NCBI RefSeq assembly: GCF_009914755.1
Contig: NC_060933.1
Origin: the human T2T-CHM13v2.0 reference genome, Homo sapiens
DNA length: 64,000 bases
Strand: one strand, 5' to 3'
Position 1 is the first letter of the stretch, and every line of letters starts with the position of its first letter. Below are positions 44,762 to 60,579 of this stretch, piece after piece. The notes under the pieces were generated by a model, which was given only the letters and a program-made list of their open reading frames with translations, was not told where the DNA came from and ran no database searches. The position numbers were made by a program, and so were the translations under genes.

Positions 44762-46302
44762 TACATATATCCTTATGTAGCATCACAAGCTTAATGTGCT
44801 CAGGTAGTACAGCTTACAAGGCTCCCAGGGGACACAGCCCTCCTCTTTCTGCTCCCCTCTCCCCCCATCACACCTCCTTTGACTTGTTAGGTTTCCATCA
44901 CTTTGACTTTTCTGAAAGTTTCCTAAATGTGCCAAACTCAAGTTTTCTTGGGAACTGGGGTCTAATAACGCCTAATGCGCTTGTAAGATGAAATAAGATA
45001 ATAGGTGACGTGCTTAGAGTAATAGGAAATGGTGCCATTGTGTTATTTTTATTCCTATTCATGCTGGTTTTCTTAGTTAAAAAAATAAAAAGGGAAAGAA
45101 CAATTATATAAAGTTCACAATTATGGTTGTTTGCTAGTCACTGTGAGATCATGATCTTTCTTTGTAACTACTTACCATTTTTAACTCATTCAAGGAGTTG
45201 GAAATAATTTGCTGATACTACCCCTCTGGAAGACTTGGAAATTAGTTTTTATCTTATTTTAACATTGAGAAAACTGAGGCTGGCATTTAAACCGTCAAAG
45301 GCATCAGCCAGCTCAGGGCAAATCTTCACACTATTATGTATTGTTTATCCTTGGGAAAGCTTTAATTCCATTTCAGCTTTCCAGCTAGCAATGTTGGCAT
45401 TGCGTAGATACCACCATGGATGGTAAAAATGGGGACTGGCCAATTAAAGCCCCCTGCTGAGTCTTCTACCCACTGAACTAGAATCCTTACTTTCACACAG
45501 CTCAGAGCAAGCATGCTTCCAGTACCAAATCATTTGGCAGTCTTCAATGGCATGAAAAACAACTGTTTGTACAGCAAAATATTTTCCAGAGCTAGAAGCC
45601 CATAAAGATTATTGCCTTCTTTTTAGTACACAGAAATATTCCGCAAACATGACTGTCTCGGCTTTCAGCAATATGGCACCCAGCAGGGAGAAGGCTCTCT
45701 CCAATCCTACCTTGTTGTCCATTGTTGGGCTACCTGGGCCTAGGATCCTCCACGGTGCCTGCCCATCCTCCCACCAGTCAGGCTCACCATTGGCCATCCC
45801 AACCTGAGGAGAAAGAAAATCCAGCTGGTGAGGCTGGCCCTCCCTGCTAATGCAGGGGCCTTGGCATTGTTTCTGCTGCCAATCTGGTTGCCTACTTGTT
45901 GCCTCTGGAAGCCTGCACTTTCTCTGTGGCTTTTGTGGTCGTTTCCATCTGCCAGTGTGGTCCCTCTCCGAGGCACTAGTGTGCCAGACCAGCCTATTTG
46001 AATTGGTGCCAGGCCACTTACGGGGGAGGTGAAGCCAAATCCCATATATTTAAAACTGTAATGCTTTGCTTGTCCACCTAGCTCCCGTCTCCTGAAGTCA
46101 TTAGTTGTGGTTTTACTTTACTGTTAAAACACTCTTCTTTTTTTCCTTTCTCTCGGCTCTGGCTATGTTCAGCTCTATATATTTAGCAAGTTGTATGTAA
46201 GTAGAGATTCTGCTGTTCTACTTAAATCTCCTCTTTTTTTCCTTTTTCTTTTTTTTTTTTTTTTGTGTGTCCTACAGAAAGAGAATGTGTTTCCTATTAA
46301 AT

Positions 46303-46331
46303 GGGGGAAAGTGTGGGGCGGGGGGTGGGGG
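46303..46331 (+). other. G-quadruplex motif containing a GC-box
   Basis: GGGGG aaagtgt GGGG c GGGGGG t GGGGG; includes GGGGCGGGG. Confidence 0.7.
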
Positions 46332-47394
46332 AAGATAGAGAGACCTGCTGTTTGACTAGAACGGAAAGTGATAGAGAGTGGCAGTCTGTCCAGCAACACA
46401 GGAGTAGGGTGAAGCCCATTTCTGTGGCCACAGGACAGATATCATCCCTGATCTTGTATTTCTTTGGGAAAATAGACTTGTGGTTGCTTGAGAGAGGCCT
46501 TTTGTGCTTCATTTTGCTTGACACATTTTAAGGCCCTTAGAATATCACAGGGATCCGTTTGCACAGCATCTGAGGCTGTGTAAAGATAAAGCATGGTTGT
46601 GCAATCTAACACAGATAAATAATAACATTTCCATCTGACAGCTGCATTAGGCAAGTAAAGTGATTTTCCTGAAATCCCTCAGGAAGCTCGAGATACATCT
46701 AGGAACACAACATGTGAATTCTAAGCCTCAGACTTTTCACCCATGGACACATTGCTCTGTCTCTATTTACTCTAGAATTCTGCACATATGTTTTTCAAGT
46801 AAATATTTGGTTCTGGGGAGACTTTAGAGGAAAATATTCCAACCTTTGACAGTTAAAGGTGCTGGATTAACAGTGCTATAGACCAAAGTCTGTCATTTAT
46901 CAATACGTAGCCATTCCTTGAATAGCTGTTGTCCCACAGTGTAGCTGCTGTGGGCTTACACTGCAGGGGTGCTAACAGACCTTGTATTTACTAAAAGCAA
47001 GAAGAGAACTATTGTAGGTGGCACGCATATCATATGTGTTTTCTGGAAGCACCCTAAATAAAATCAAAAACGGAATTCACAGTATGGAAAAATATTCTTT
47101 GTGGGGTGACAAAACAGTTTCTAAATTGGTAAATATGAAGGCTACATGAAAGAAACATGGGCTGATGAGTCTCTACCATAAAACCTATGTAATTCATCCT
47201 CTGCAAAAATATGTGAATTTCCCATCTGACTTAAAACATGCAATTACAATATGTATGGTAACTAGACATGCCGGGACTTGTATAAAATGAGAATTTGACT
47301 AATGTGTTAGATATATATATAATGTGTTTGACTAATTTGATAGATATAGCCAGGCAAACCCTACGACTTCATTTTAGATAAATCTTACCAGAGT

Positions 47395-47720
47395 GAGGGT
47401 CACAAATTTAAATATTTTCAGAGCCTGGTAAGTAACTAAATGAGAGTAATGACTGGTGGAGTATACAGGAGCTAAGGATCATATATTAGGGGGTGGTGGA
47501 GACTGTGGCAAAATAGAACACCCAAGGCCCTTATAAAGGATGCAGTGCCCACAGCTTCAACCAATGCATGTCCAGAAGGAATGGAGGCCCAGTGTGGTCA
47601 GATCATCTGATCTTTCAAGAGAACGTGAAAATCCAGATTTTTACATAAACATATTATTTTTAAATGTGAATAACTAATTTTTAAAAATGTATACACTGTT
47701 GGCCAAAGAAAGCATATCGT
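47395..47720. mobile_element. MER102-type hAT-Charlie element
   Basis: ggcccagtgtggtcagatcatctgatctttcaagagaacgtgaaaatccagattttt. Confidence 0.75.
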
Positions 47721-48469
47721 ATAAGAGACATTCTTCAGGGGATAGAGTACCACTGAGCTTCTTCTATTCTTGAGGGTGACAATTTATATGATGAAATATG
47801 GGAGCTTCTTGCAGGAGTTAGTAGAGAATGGAAAAACCCAGGGAAAAATGGGATGGTTTGGTATAATTCAGAGATTCTCATTTGGCACCTACAAGAGCAG
47901 TATGTTGATCACAAATAAAAAATCCTCCAAAAATATTTCAAATAGGAAAAGACCAAGGGAATTCCAGAAAAGTTCATCGGGGTATGTGTGCTCAAAAGAT
48001 AAACTGATTCTGATTGGTTTCTGCAAGTAGGAGAGCAAGAGACTATATGGAATGTTCAAATGACAACAGAGAAAGTACTTTTGATCTGGTTGCACCAGGA
48101 TCCACACTGAAAGAACACATCATTTGAACTAGTTGAGAGCAAAACTTGGAACTAGTAAGTGAAATATAAGTAACATAAACATCTGATTGATGAGTTAGTC
48201 TGTGCCAAGATAATTAAACCAATGAAAACTGGGTACAAGTACTGAGCTAATATGCACAGGATGTATAGCCCAGAGTTTGCTGACATCAGTAAAGTGATTG
48301 TTTCACTAGGAGGATCTTAGAAGGCATATGTTATTTATCTTTTTCATCACAGGCCCTAGCACAATGGTTGGCACATGAGAAGCCCAGAAAATGACCATTC
48401 AGTAAAGAAACCATAACCACATGATAGCACATTTTGGACTGAAGGGGACACAGGGGAGCAATGATGTAT

Positions 48470-49630
48470 TTAGTGCCAGATTTAATGGCTACTTCTCAGT
48501 GCACATACTCTTCAGTGGAGGAGATCTAACATTATTGAAACTCCAGTCATCGTCTCCTAGAATTTTCTAATATCTCCCTTTCCTGATCTTTTCTTTACCT
48601 TTCTATTTTTCGGGCTTTCCCCCTTTAATCTAATTCCCTGGCTCCTGTTGCTTCCTCCGTGTGCCTCTTCAATGTTGGCGTCACCTGGTGTTGTAGAACT
48701 CTCAGCACTTCTCCCTCTACAGTCTTCTTTGGTGATCCCATCAACGCAGTCAGTTCAGCTCTCATTTATATGTTGACATCCCCACATTCCAGCCTGACCG
48801 CAAATTCCGAAGCCAAATTTTTAGCTACTATTGTGGACTGAAAGTTTCTGTCCCCTACCCCAATTCATATGTTGAAGTCCTAATCCCCAGTGGGGCTGTA
48901 TTTGGAGATGGACCCCCTAAGGGAGTAATTAAGGTTAAATTAGTCATAAGGGTGGGGTCCTGACATGATAGGATGAGTGTCCTTATAGAAAGAGACTCGA
49001 GAAAGCTGGTTGCTCTATGGACATGCACCAAGGGAAGGCCACGTGAACACACAGGGGGATGGTAGCCGCCAACAAGCCAGGAAGAGAGCCCTCAGCAGAA
49101 ATTGAATCGGTGACTCCTTGATCATGGACTTTTAGCTTCCAGAACTGTGACAAAAAAAATGTCTGCTGTGGAAGTCACTCAGTGTATGGCATTTTGTTAG
49201 GGCAACCTCAGCAGACTAAGACAGTTCCTGGACATTTTAATTAAATTAATCTATCTATGCATTAAATGCAACCTCTTTAAAAGAGAACTCATCAGTTAGC
49301 TACCTCCTACATTCTGTTGTCCTCCTGTCTGCTGTGTCTCCATTACTAGCATCTAGATTCTCTAGAATTTTTGGTCATTGTCTATTCCTCCCTCTTAATG
49401 ACCTACTCAATCCAGTTATTTATTTATTATTATTAAAGTCCTAATAATTTTGTCCCTCAAATACCTTCAAATATAGTTTCTTTTTCTTGATTCTGGCTAT
49501 CTCATCTATATTTTAGGACCTCACCATGTCTAGCTTGAAATTTCTCTTAATCGATCCTTAACTTCCAATGTATATTCTACCTTATATCCGGAATTATTCT
49601 TATAAAACATCTGATTGTATACCAGCCCTG
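48470..49630 (+). mobile_element. L2 fragments flanking the MLT1 LTR
   Basis: cctcttcaatgttggcgtcacc; ggtgatcccatc; ttcctggacattt. Confidence 0.6.
48829..49223 (+). mobile_element. MLT1 (MLT1B-like) solo LTR
   Basis: tattgtggactgaa..aattcatatgttgaagtcctaatcccca ... gcagactaagaca. Confidence 0.9.
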
Positions 49631-50044
49631 ACTCCTGCCCGGTGTCTAAGCAACTTGATACCACGTAGGAGAGCTCTCCTCTGAAGAAGTGTCCCATTCA
49701 GAATAACAACCTGTAGGGGCTGGGGAGTGATGTCCACAGATGGGATATGGAAGAAGTCAAAAGCCACAGGCACTGCCTCAGGAGTCCCCTTAACAAGGAC
49801 CCCAAGGAAGCTGAATGAAACAGGCCCCCGACAGGAGTGAGATTAGACAGTAAAGAAGTAGAAAGTTTAACTTCTGGATGCCACAGGGAATTTCCACTTC
49901 CAATTTAAGGACTTAATGTTTATTACAGGTTATTCCTGGTGATTATAAAGCATACCTACCAAAATTGAGTTTGCCATAGATATGATGGAAGTAGCTAAAT
50001 TTTTAAAACATCTCTGTGTCTCTTGTATAGGATATCAATTCTTG

Positions 50045-50295
50045 TTGGAGGCTCTGGACTCAGATTTAGACTGCATAGACTTAAGTTCTGGCTTCACCAC
50101 CCATTGTATGTCTTTGGGCAAGTGACTTTACCTTGCCAAGCCTTCATTTCTCTGTTACATACATAAATAATGATAGTATGTTTTAATAATAGTAAATTGT
50201 CTTACAAAGTTGTTAGAAGGATTAAATAAAGTAAAGCACATAGCACAGTACCTGGCCTATGGGAAGGACTTGGTGAACGTTTACACTGGTGTTAG
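50045..50295 (+). mobile_element. MIR
   Basis: ctttgggcaagtgactttacctt..gttgttagaaggattaaat..aaagcacatagcacagtacctggc. Confidence 0.8.
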
Positions 50296-50399
50296 TCATA
50301 GCCACAGGAATAGTATTTTCTAATAATGTTTTAGTAAAAGTGCTAACAAAAGGCACTTTAAATTCTAGAGCTCAAGGAACTCAGTTTGAGAAACACTGA

Positions 50400-50795
50400 C
50401 CTAAGCTCCAGACATACTGGCCTCCTTCTGCTCTTTAAATATGCCAGGCCTGTTGTACCTTGGGGTCGTTTCTCTTTCTGTCTCTTCTTCCCGGATACTC
50501 TTCTGCCAGAGCTCTGCATGTATTGCTTCCTCAGTTAATTCAGGTCTTTATTTCAGACTCATCTTCTTGGTGAGGCCCATCACCCCACCCATAGCCAGTG
50601 CTTCCTATCTATTCCTCTTCCTGATTTATTTCTGCTCTTGAATACTTATTACTAGCCTGGTATTTATTATACTTAATAGAAGAGACTTTTATTGTCTCCT
50701 TCTCCCACTACATGAAGCCAGGGATTTTTGTCTGTTTTGGTTCCTAGCACCAATAGAGTCTCAGTAACTATTTATTGAATGACTGAATGAATAAG
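50400..50795 (+). mobile_element. L2a 3' end
   Basis: catactggcctccttctgctc; ends tatttattgaatgactgaatgaata. Confidence 0.8.
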
Positions 50796-52998
50796 CTATG
50801 GTAAAATCTTTAACATAAAGGTATATACCCTGAGCACAAAATGTTCATTTAACAGTGCCTGCTAAAATAAGATTTCTTTTTGCTATTTATTTTTTAAAAG
50901 AATATGCTAACTATTGTACTCATATAAGCATTGAGAAATTTTTGCCAAAAATGTCTTTTAAAATAATCTTAAATAGAATCATTACACATGGTATACAGTT
51001 CTAAAAGAAAGGAAGACAGCTAAATGTTTAGGAAAATGAAATTATGGAAAAGGGAGGTTAAACTGCAATGTATTATAAGTTTTCAGAATGGCACAGGATC
51101 AGTGATGTTACCTAAATCATAAATATCACCTAGAATGAAAACCAATATTGTGAAAGTTAGACCTGGCTCCTGCCAACAGGGACATTTACTATTTTTTGAG
51201 TGATATTTGTGACATTAACATGGAATAACTTTAATTTAAAATAAAAAATAATTAAAATTTAAAGTAAAAATAATTTAAGAACTTTTTAAAATTTAAATTT
51301 ATAAAGACCACTCTGGCTTATAGCATTATCATTATTAGGCACTGATATCCCAGAAGTGCAATTTACAAAGACAGCAGGCGCCACTGCTGCTCCAATTATA
51401 CACTTCTCATTGTCTTGCCTTCTGCCTAGTAAAGCTTATTTTCTCATTTGTATTTCTTTGCTGGTGTAACTTTTTCACCTAGGTGAACTGTGGTTTGGTG
51501 GGAAGAATGCCTTAGCAAGGGCATGGGTCACATCTAGGAGACTATCACCTCCTGAAGTCACAGCAGACCAGAGCCTGGTCCTCCATCCAAAAATTCAACT
51601 GTGTTGGGTAATCCTGAGTCAGTCGGCCAAGAGAACTGAATGAGCCTCACAAACCAAACTGATTTGAGTAGACAGCAACAGATATGACTGTGGATATCTA
51701 TTCATAATCAAAAATGATACTTCATGAGCTTCTGGTGTCTTAGGAACTATTGAGTGAGGGTCAGGCTCTTTCTTCCTGTCGATGAGCTCTGGGAAAGCTA
51801 AAACTTGAATCAAAAGTTCTATTTGTTTGTTGAGTTTTCAGAAATATAAAGCCAGAACAAATTCAAGTGTCTCTAAAGAGTCACCCTCCGGAAGGATGGC
51901 GTGGTTCCATGGTCCTCATCATGGTGATGGTCTCACTTCAGGGGCCCTATCGATTAACCCCATTGGACAAGACTCAGTAAACATGGCCAGCTTCTGACTC
52001 TTTGGAATTTTTTCATTTCTCACATTGACGGTTCCTTTTTTCTTTTAATAAATCTTTCTCCAGACAGATGAAAAAAGAGTTGATTAGGTTTCAGCTTGCC
52101 AAATTACAATCATATTCCAGGTCCAGGCTTCTTGCAATAACTTCTCGAGTCCTTCCTGTTGGAATTGCATTGTTTCTAACCTCTTCAGTTTCTCACCTGA
52201 AGACGACGTACACAGCAGGAATGAGTTTGCTCAGGTGCAGGGGAGATTGCACATGAGCAAGATGTTCCACAACATCTTGCCACTACTTCATTTGATCTGA
52301 CTTCTCTGTGCTTTGCAAAAAGAATTGCAGTGGCATTTAGCAGGCCTATTGTACAGGATCTTACAAACATCACTTTATGTTGCTGTTCTCTGAAGTGAAC
52401 TGGAGCTATTTTGAATCATGTCCGGACTCCCAAAGCCAAGTTAGTTGCAGTGTCATTTGGGGACTATTTTTCAGAGGCAATATAGTCAGTCATGCAACGA
52501 TTTCTTACTTCATAGTATGAGTATCAGCCAAGCTCAGTTCCAGATGGTATTTAAAGGGTAGCATTTTGAGCTTTTATCTTTTATAGTTCTTACAGGTGAG
52601 AGAGCTGGTAAACACAGGACCTGACTCTTGCATGTGGCCAGATTGAATTCAGATTAGTTCATACACAGAAACTTATCAGAAACACATTTTTCTTGCCACC
52701 AGAAGAGAGGACAAATGGCAGGAAATGTAAAATTTGTGCATTACCATGCTTCAGCGCATGGCTTACAGAAATGAACCTGTCATTGTATTCAGGGCTGCAG
52801 GAGTTCTTACTTAGTTAAGAGGAAAGCACTCTACGAAAACTGAAGAAAGAATAGACAGAATTCTATTGATAAGTGTTCTAATTGTAAATAACTCAGTTCC
52901 CAACTCACCTTTAATAAGTATTTTTTAATAATTTGTTTTAAGTTTAGAAAAGTGAATTGTAAACCTTTCTATATTTCTCAGGTTACTCAAAGGCTATT

Positions 52999-53032
52999 AA
53001 AAAAAAAAAAAACAAAAACAAAAACAAAAACA
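52999..53032. repeat. A-tract/(AAAAAC)n
   Basis: aaaaaaaaaaaaaacaaaaacaaaaacaaaaac. Confidence 0.9.
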
Positions 53033-55271
53033 CCTTAATCTGAGAAAAGACACTGAGCCCAGAAACCAGGATTTTGTCTTGTAGCGGCTTTGAAACATAC
53101 ATTCTTCTTTGAATGAAAGATTTCTTAGAGATTTTACTTTGCCTTCTAATTTCTCATAATCTCACAATATACAGATTTCTCATAATGTCAGAATTTCTCA
53201 TAATCTCATAAGGTACAGATTTAAAAAATTTAAGTATTGTGCTTAGAAGTAAAATGTATTTAATTAGGAAAGTTTGATTGATCTAAATATAGCCAAGAAG
53301 ATGTGAACCTTCCTTTGGTATAATGTGCTGCATTAAATTGTCTTTTAGCATAAAGCTTTGGAAGCTGAATATTATGCTATATGTTTAGAATGCAATTTAT
53401 TAGATACTTTAAGTCACTGTGTTTATTCTGATATCTCTATTTTGGCTTGTTTTCTATCATCTATATCAAAAATAGTTTGAGGTTGAGTCACTGCTACTTG
53501 TATTGATTATAATAGTATGTGAGCAAAATAACCCCCTTTTGGGGCATATTGGTTCCCAAACCACTGGTTTTCCCCCCTTCTTGTTAGTTTCTTTCTACTT
53601 TATTTGGTTTATCAGTTTTAATTTACAAAATCACAGCAGCTGCACAAAAATACACATGATGAGATTTCAGAATTGCCCTTTTATGTCATTTGGTAAGATA
53701 TCAGTCATTTAAAGATATTTAGGAGAAGAAGGAGCAGGGGACATTGAAAACTATGACACATGTGTGAAGCATTCCCATCCTCTCTGGGCTGACAATGCCT
53801 CCATTCATTTCTCTAGACTCTGGGGAATATGTTCTTCCTTTCTTCCAGGAATGTGGGTTGGCCAGAGAAAAAGAGAAAGAGAGAAGGGCAGTAGAGTCCT
53901 CTCTAAATCATCAAATACCTTTCCAACTGACAGACTGGCTCATTCTCAGTGTGGACTTTAAAAGAAGGAAAGTTGAAATAAGTTATTTCAAAATAGCATA
54001 TGGTGATTCCTTTACTAGTGAGATCTTTTGTTTATTCTTGAGATTGGAAATAAAAGCAATTGGGTCATAGTTCATTAGATTTTTTTCTTGAGTTCTTTTT
54101 CTCCTGTTGTATATAAAATTGTGCATCAAATTCCTTAAAAAATGAACATGTATATCTCAATAAGCTAAACTTTCAGTATCATTCAGAATCTCAAAGAACG
54201 CTATTGTAAGCAAAATATCCACCTACAAAATGGTATTTCTTATAGTTTTGAAGTTCTATACAAATCATTGTATATAACTTACACAGTCTATATTATCACA
54301 TAGTATAAAATAAGAAGAAAACCAGATATATGTTAATTTTTAGTAAGCATTTACCTAACCATGATAAATAATCCTTATGCTACAAAGACTATTCTATAAA
54401 GTAATGTGATATATTATGCTCAATAAAATTTGTAGACTCTTGCTTCATAGTTATTTATATACATATCATTTCTCTCCAGCTATACAGTAAACTCTTTGAA
54501 GGAAGAGGTTAATTTACTTTTGAATTGCCCACAGAGCTTAGCATAGGGTCTCTGCATCATAAGTGCTTAATAAACATGTATTACATGAAGGAATAACATT
54601 GTAGGACCCATCTGCATGGATTTCTTGAGACCTTCTCTCTAGGTCCTACAAATAAACTTGACACTTTGAGTTCTAAGAAGATATATAACACATCAAATAA
54701 AAACCTGACAATTGAACACTAGAAAAAAATACCAAAGGAGAAATATATAATGGTTTTCTAAGAACAGATAGATGTGGTCTCATTATTAATAAATTTGGCA
54801 ATGGTTTTCCTTCAAAACATAGAACCAATTAGATCATAATAATCTTGGTCACTAATTGGTTTTGCAAAAATGTCTCCTTTCATTTTATAACTGATCTACT
54901 TGAAAATGTGGTGAACCATAAAAGGCCATTTCCTTGGAAAAGAGTATGGACAAACCTCTTGCAGTTTTGTTTGGGTGATATTCAAAGCCAAACCCTAAGC
55001 CTTTCCCAGAACTTGAAACAAATGTTAGTGTTACCACAAACCAAAGGGGGAAACTCTGCAGAGAGTTTGTTTCCTCTTCATCCTTTTTTTTTTTTTTTAA
55101 TTTGTGCATCCCAACTGCTTATTTAGATTTATTCTGCTTTCCCATGGGTGTGTTATTAGCTCAATACAGTGAAATCTCAGGGACCAGGTCTTTGGAACAG
55201 CAATTTTTGGAAGGTTTATAATCTAATGCCGTCTCTACAAGACTCCTTCCCATAATAGGCCAGAAGTGACT

Positions 55272-55623
55272 TTATCATAGTCCATATAGGCTGCTATAAC
55301 AAAATACCATTGATTGGGGAGCTTCTAAATAACAGAAATTTAGTTCTCATAGTTCTGGAGACTGGGAATTCCAAGGTCAGGGTGCTAGCAGGTTTGGTGT
55401 CTGGTAAAGACCCACTTCCTGGCTCATAGATGGTACCATCTTGCTCTGTCTTCACAAGGTAGAAGGGACTAGTTAGTACTCTGGGGTACCTTTTATAAGG
55501 ACATGAATCTCATTCATGAGGACTCAGCCCTCATGATTTAATCACTCCCCAATACCATCATCGAGAGGGTTAGTATTTCAGCATATGAATTTCCTGGGGA
55601 ACACAAACGTTCAGACCATAGGA
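55272..55623 (-). mobile_element. MLT1A0-like MaLR solo LTR
   Basis: ggctgctataacaaaatacca..ataacagaaattt..ttctggagactggg ... cacaaacgttcagaccata. Confidence 0.88.
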
Positions 55624-55920
55624 GACTTCTAATGGGATAATTCAGCTGGAATCCTAAAATCTGCAAAGGCCAAATTATCTTTGTATCCTTACCTAAATCC
55701 AAAAAGCCTTTGCTGAGAAGCTGAATCTTTGATAAGGTCTTTATAAAATGATAATAATTGAATGGAATGAATGCTAGCTGAGAAGTGTGAGTATTGCCTA
55801 TATAATGCCTTATTAATATTTTTATAATAATCCAGTCAGCCTATTGCCTTATTGAAACTTTTATCCAGAAAGGCAACACAATTTAGATGTAGTAACCTTA
55901 AACATATATACTTTCAGAGG

Positions 55921-56370
55921 TGTGGTAGGGGAAGCTAACAGACCATCACAATTTCATGTTCCCCTTCCACAAGAGTTGTCATGGGGAAGTAACTCTTCAG
56001 CCAAGGACCACATTTTTCAGCCTCCTTATGTCTAATTCGGCCATTAGCTGGTTCTACCCAAGGGAAATATGAGTGGAAGTGATATATGTCATTCGGGCAA
56101 GTGGTGAAGAGAGAGATACATCTTTTGCATAGTCTCTTTCCCTGTTGTTCTGAAGAAAGAAGACTCTAGGACCCTAAGAAGGGAGTAGGACCACAAGATG
56201 GAAGGGGCCTGAGTCTCAGAATGACCATGCTGGTGGGTGGTTGGAAGGCTACCCAACTGGGAGCACCTACATTAGTCTGCATCATGAGCAAGAAATGCAT
56301 GTTTATTGTTGTAAACAGTGGAATTTGGGAACTTATCTGTTCTAGTAACTAACATTGCTCTAACAAATAG
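55921..56370 (+). mobile_element. Old MLT1 (H/I/J-like) LTR
   Basis: tgagtggaagtgatatatgtca; ccacaagatggaaggggcctgagtc; tgagcaagaaat. Confidence 0.75.
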
Positions 56371-56412
56371 AGGAGATAATAAAAATGTCACAAAGGTATT
56401 ATGAAATCAGAT

Positions 56413-57788
<1,376 letters not shown>

Positions 57789-58243
57789 TGAAATCAGATC
57801 TTTTTCCTATTCTCTGTTTTTGTTGAAATTTTTGGATTTAAACAGTGAAGGCAGGTTTTGAGTCATATTTCAGTTGTAGGATTTCTAAGAGAAGGCACAC
57901 ATGTTTCCTGGATACTGACCTATTCCTACCTACCACTTCGCAGAAAAATGGTTTTCCTAGACATTGTGTTCACCCTAGAGGCTCATCTCTCTTCAACAGA
58001 CCTGGCCCTCTCTTAACCATTTTTTCCACTCAATTTCCATCTCCTCCGTGAAGCCTTTCCTTAGTACTAAAGAGATCATTTCTTTCTTTGAGCCCATAGC
58101 AGTTAAAATCTGCACCAACCTTTGTTTTGCCTTATGTACTGCCTAATGAGAGAACTCATATTAGTATATTATTTTTAATGGGTAAGTGCATTATTTCTTT
58201 GAATTATAAAGTAACAGTGGGGGAGAATAATAAAATGTTTTAA

Positions 58244-58630
<387 letters not shown>

Positions 58631-60579
58631 ACCTCACAGTCATATTGACATCCATAGTAGAACACTTTTAGTTGTGTTATTGGATATAGCAGTCTCTGAG
58701 CCTTTTATGTTCTCACAAAAATTAAGACTTTTATTTGTAAGCAGAAAAGAGGAAAATTGGTAAGGGGCAGTGCAGGCATTTCTAGTAATTTTGGTTCTGC
58801 AGGCCCCCTGGTTACATTTATCTTCCAAATTTGAAAATATATTCTCAACAAATTTAGTCCTCGGCATCATTCTTATTCTACCACTGAGAGTGTCAAGTGT
58901 GGTACCATTAGGATGGCAATTTTATGTGTTGATCCCGCCTAAAAGCCAAATTCAGATTCATTTCACTCACAATGCCAACCATGTGGTCAACTTCATCCAG
59001 TTCCTTGGTTGTAACCTAGATTTCAATGGACAAAATGTAATGTGAAGGCTCCATATCTTATTACCTAATTCTGAGTGATCAGTCTTCCACTGTTGAGTAT
59101 CAAATATCTACATTTATCATACCAGATCTTAATCATTGTCAACTGTGCAGAAAGATCCTTAGAGATTTTTTTATGCATTAAATTCTGGAAATTCTCAGGT
59201 ACGTTTCCCTAAAATGCGTAAATCCTGCTGCTGTCCTGTGTGCATACATACAAATCATAATTTAAATGACCTATTTCAACTTTAGGTTTAGATAATTTGG
59301 AGGGTGAGTCTAGAATGAAGCTATGGAAGAGAAATTTTGAATGAAGGAATTTAGATATCTCTCACTTGTATTGCAAAAGCAAGAAGTGTGAGTTCTCATT
59401 CATGCAGTTTAGTCTGATTATTCCAGGTGTGTCATGGGAAGAAAGCTCGAATCTTTATCCCTATCGCTACGCATGGTTTATTTGATGCATTCGTAAAAAT
59501 GTAGGTAATATCTAGTGCTCTTTCTTCTTGCATATTAAGCTTTGATTAACATATGGTAATAATGTAGCGTTGTTGAGTTGTCCAAATCTTAAAAAACATG
59601 AAATATGGAGTACAAAATCACACATGTGCAAACTGAGCTAATATTTCTTTCCCCCAAATAAGCAAGTTTTTCATCTAGATTATTTTCAGTTATAGAAATT
59701 GATTATATCCTCATGAAAAGAGTTAGTAGTTTGAAAAGAAATCTGCAATGTCTGAGGTATTTCATAATACAACAGAAATAGGCAAAATAAAAAGAAAATT
59801 TGTACTTAATGCAAAAAAAAATATTCATTATGCTCATTTAGAGAGAAACAAGTCTGAAAAATTTCAGCACCAAGGTTAATTTTTATTATATAATAAGTGC
59901 ACAAAAACAGAGTTTGGAAAAGGCATGATTTTCAACCACTTTTTCTAGCATTAAGACTAAAATAAAAAAACTAAAATGAGGCAAATCGTTGCAAAAGAGA
60001 CTATTATAAAAGATAGTAAGTAAATGTACACAGCATTCATTATATCATCCTGTTTGCAGCACTGCATTTGAGATTGTGTCAGCACTTCCATTGTAAGCCT
60101 GTACTTTGAGGAATTTGGAATTTGGCCAATAAAAGATCATTCTGAACTGAAAGTTGGCACAGAAAATTTCCTCCCATGAGCAAAAGTTGTTTTCATTATT
60201 TCTTCTTCATCATTGTCTTCTTTTTTCTTTCCTTTTTACAAAATTCCATGAAACCTCATCTGGTTGCTTTTAAGCTTGGATATCTAAAGTAAGAGAGCCA
60301 ACCCAATGATTTGAAGACAATACATCTTTTGTCCATCTGGGCAAAATTTGTATTTGGCATTTTATGTGAAAGAGCCATACAATTCAATTGGGAGTATTTA
60401 AAGAAAGAGTAAAAACTAATTTCAAAAGACCTCTTAGTCATTACCTCTAATAATGAAGTTAAAAGGAACAAAATGAGGGTGAGAGAGAGCTTATTCACTT
60501 ACTCCCATTATTGTGCGCATTACTTTATAGCTATTAATAAAAACTGTTCTTCACAGCACTTCTGCATAGTTTCATACCC

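Noticed and set aside
51370-51392. cagcaggcgccactgctg as a CTCF site
   Set aside because: Spacing is off from the core consensus on both strands; only a 6-bp inverted repeat
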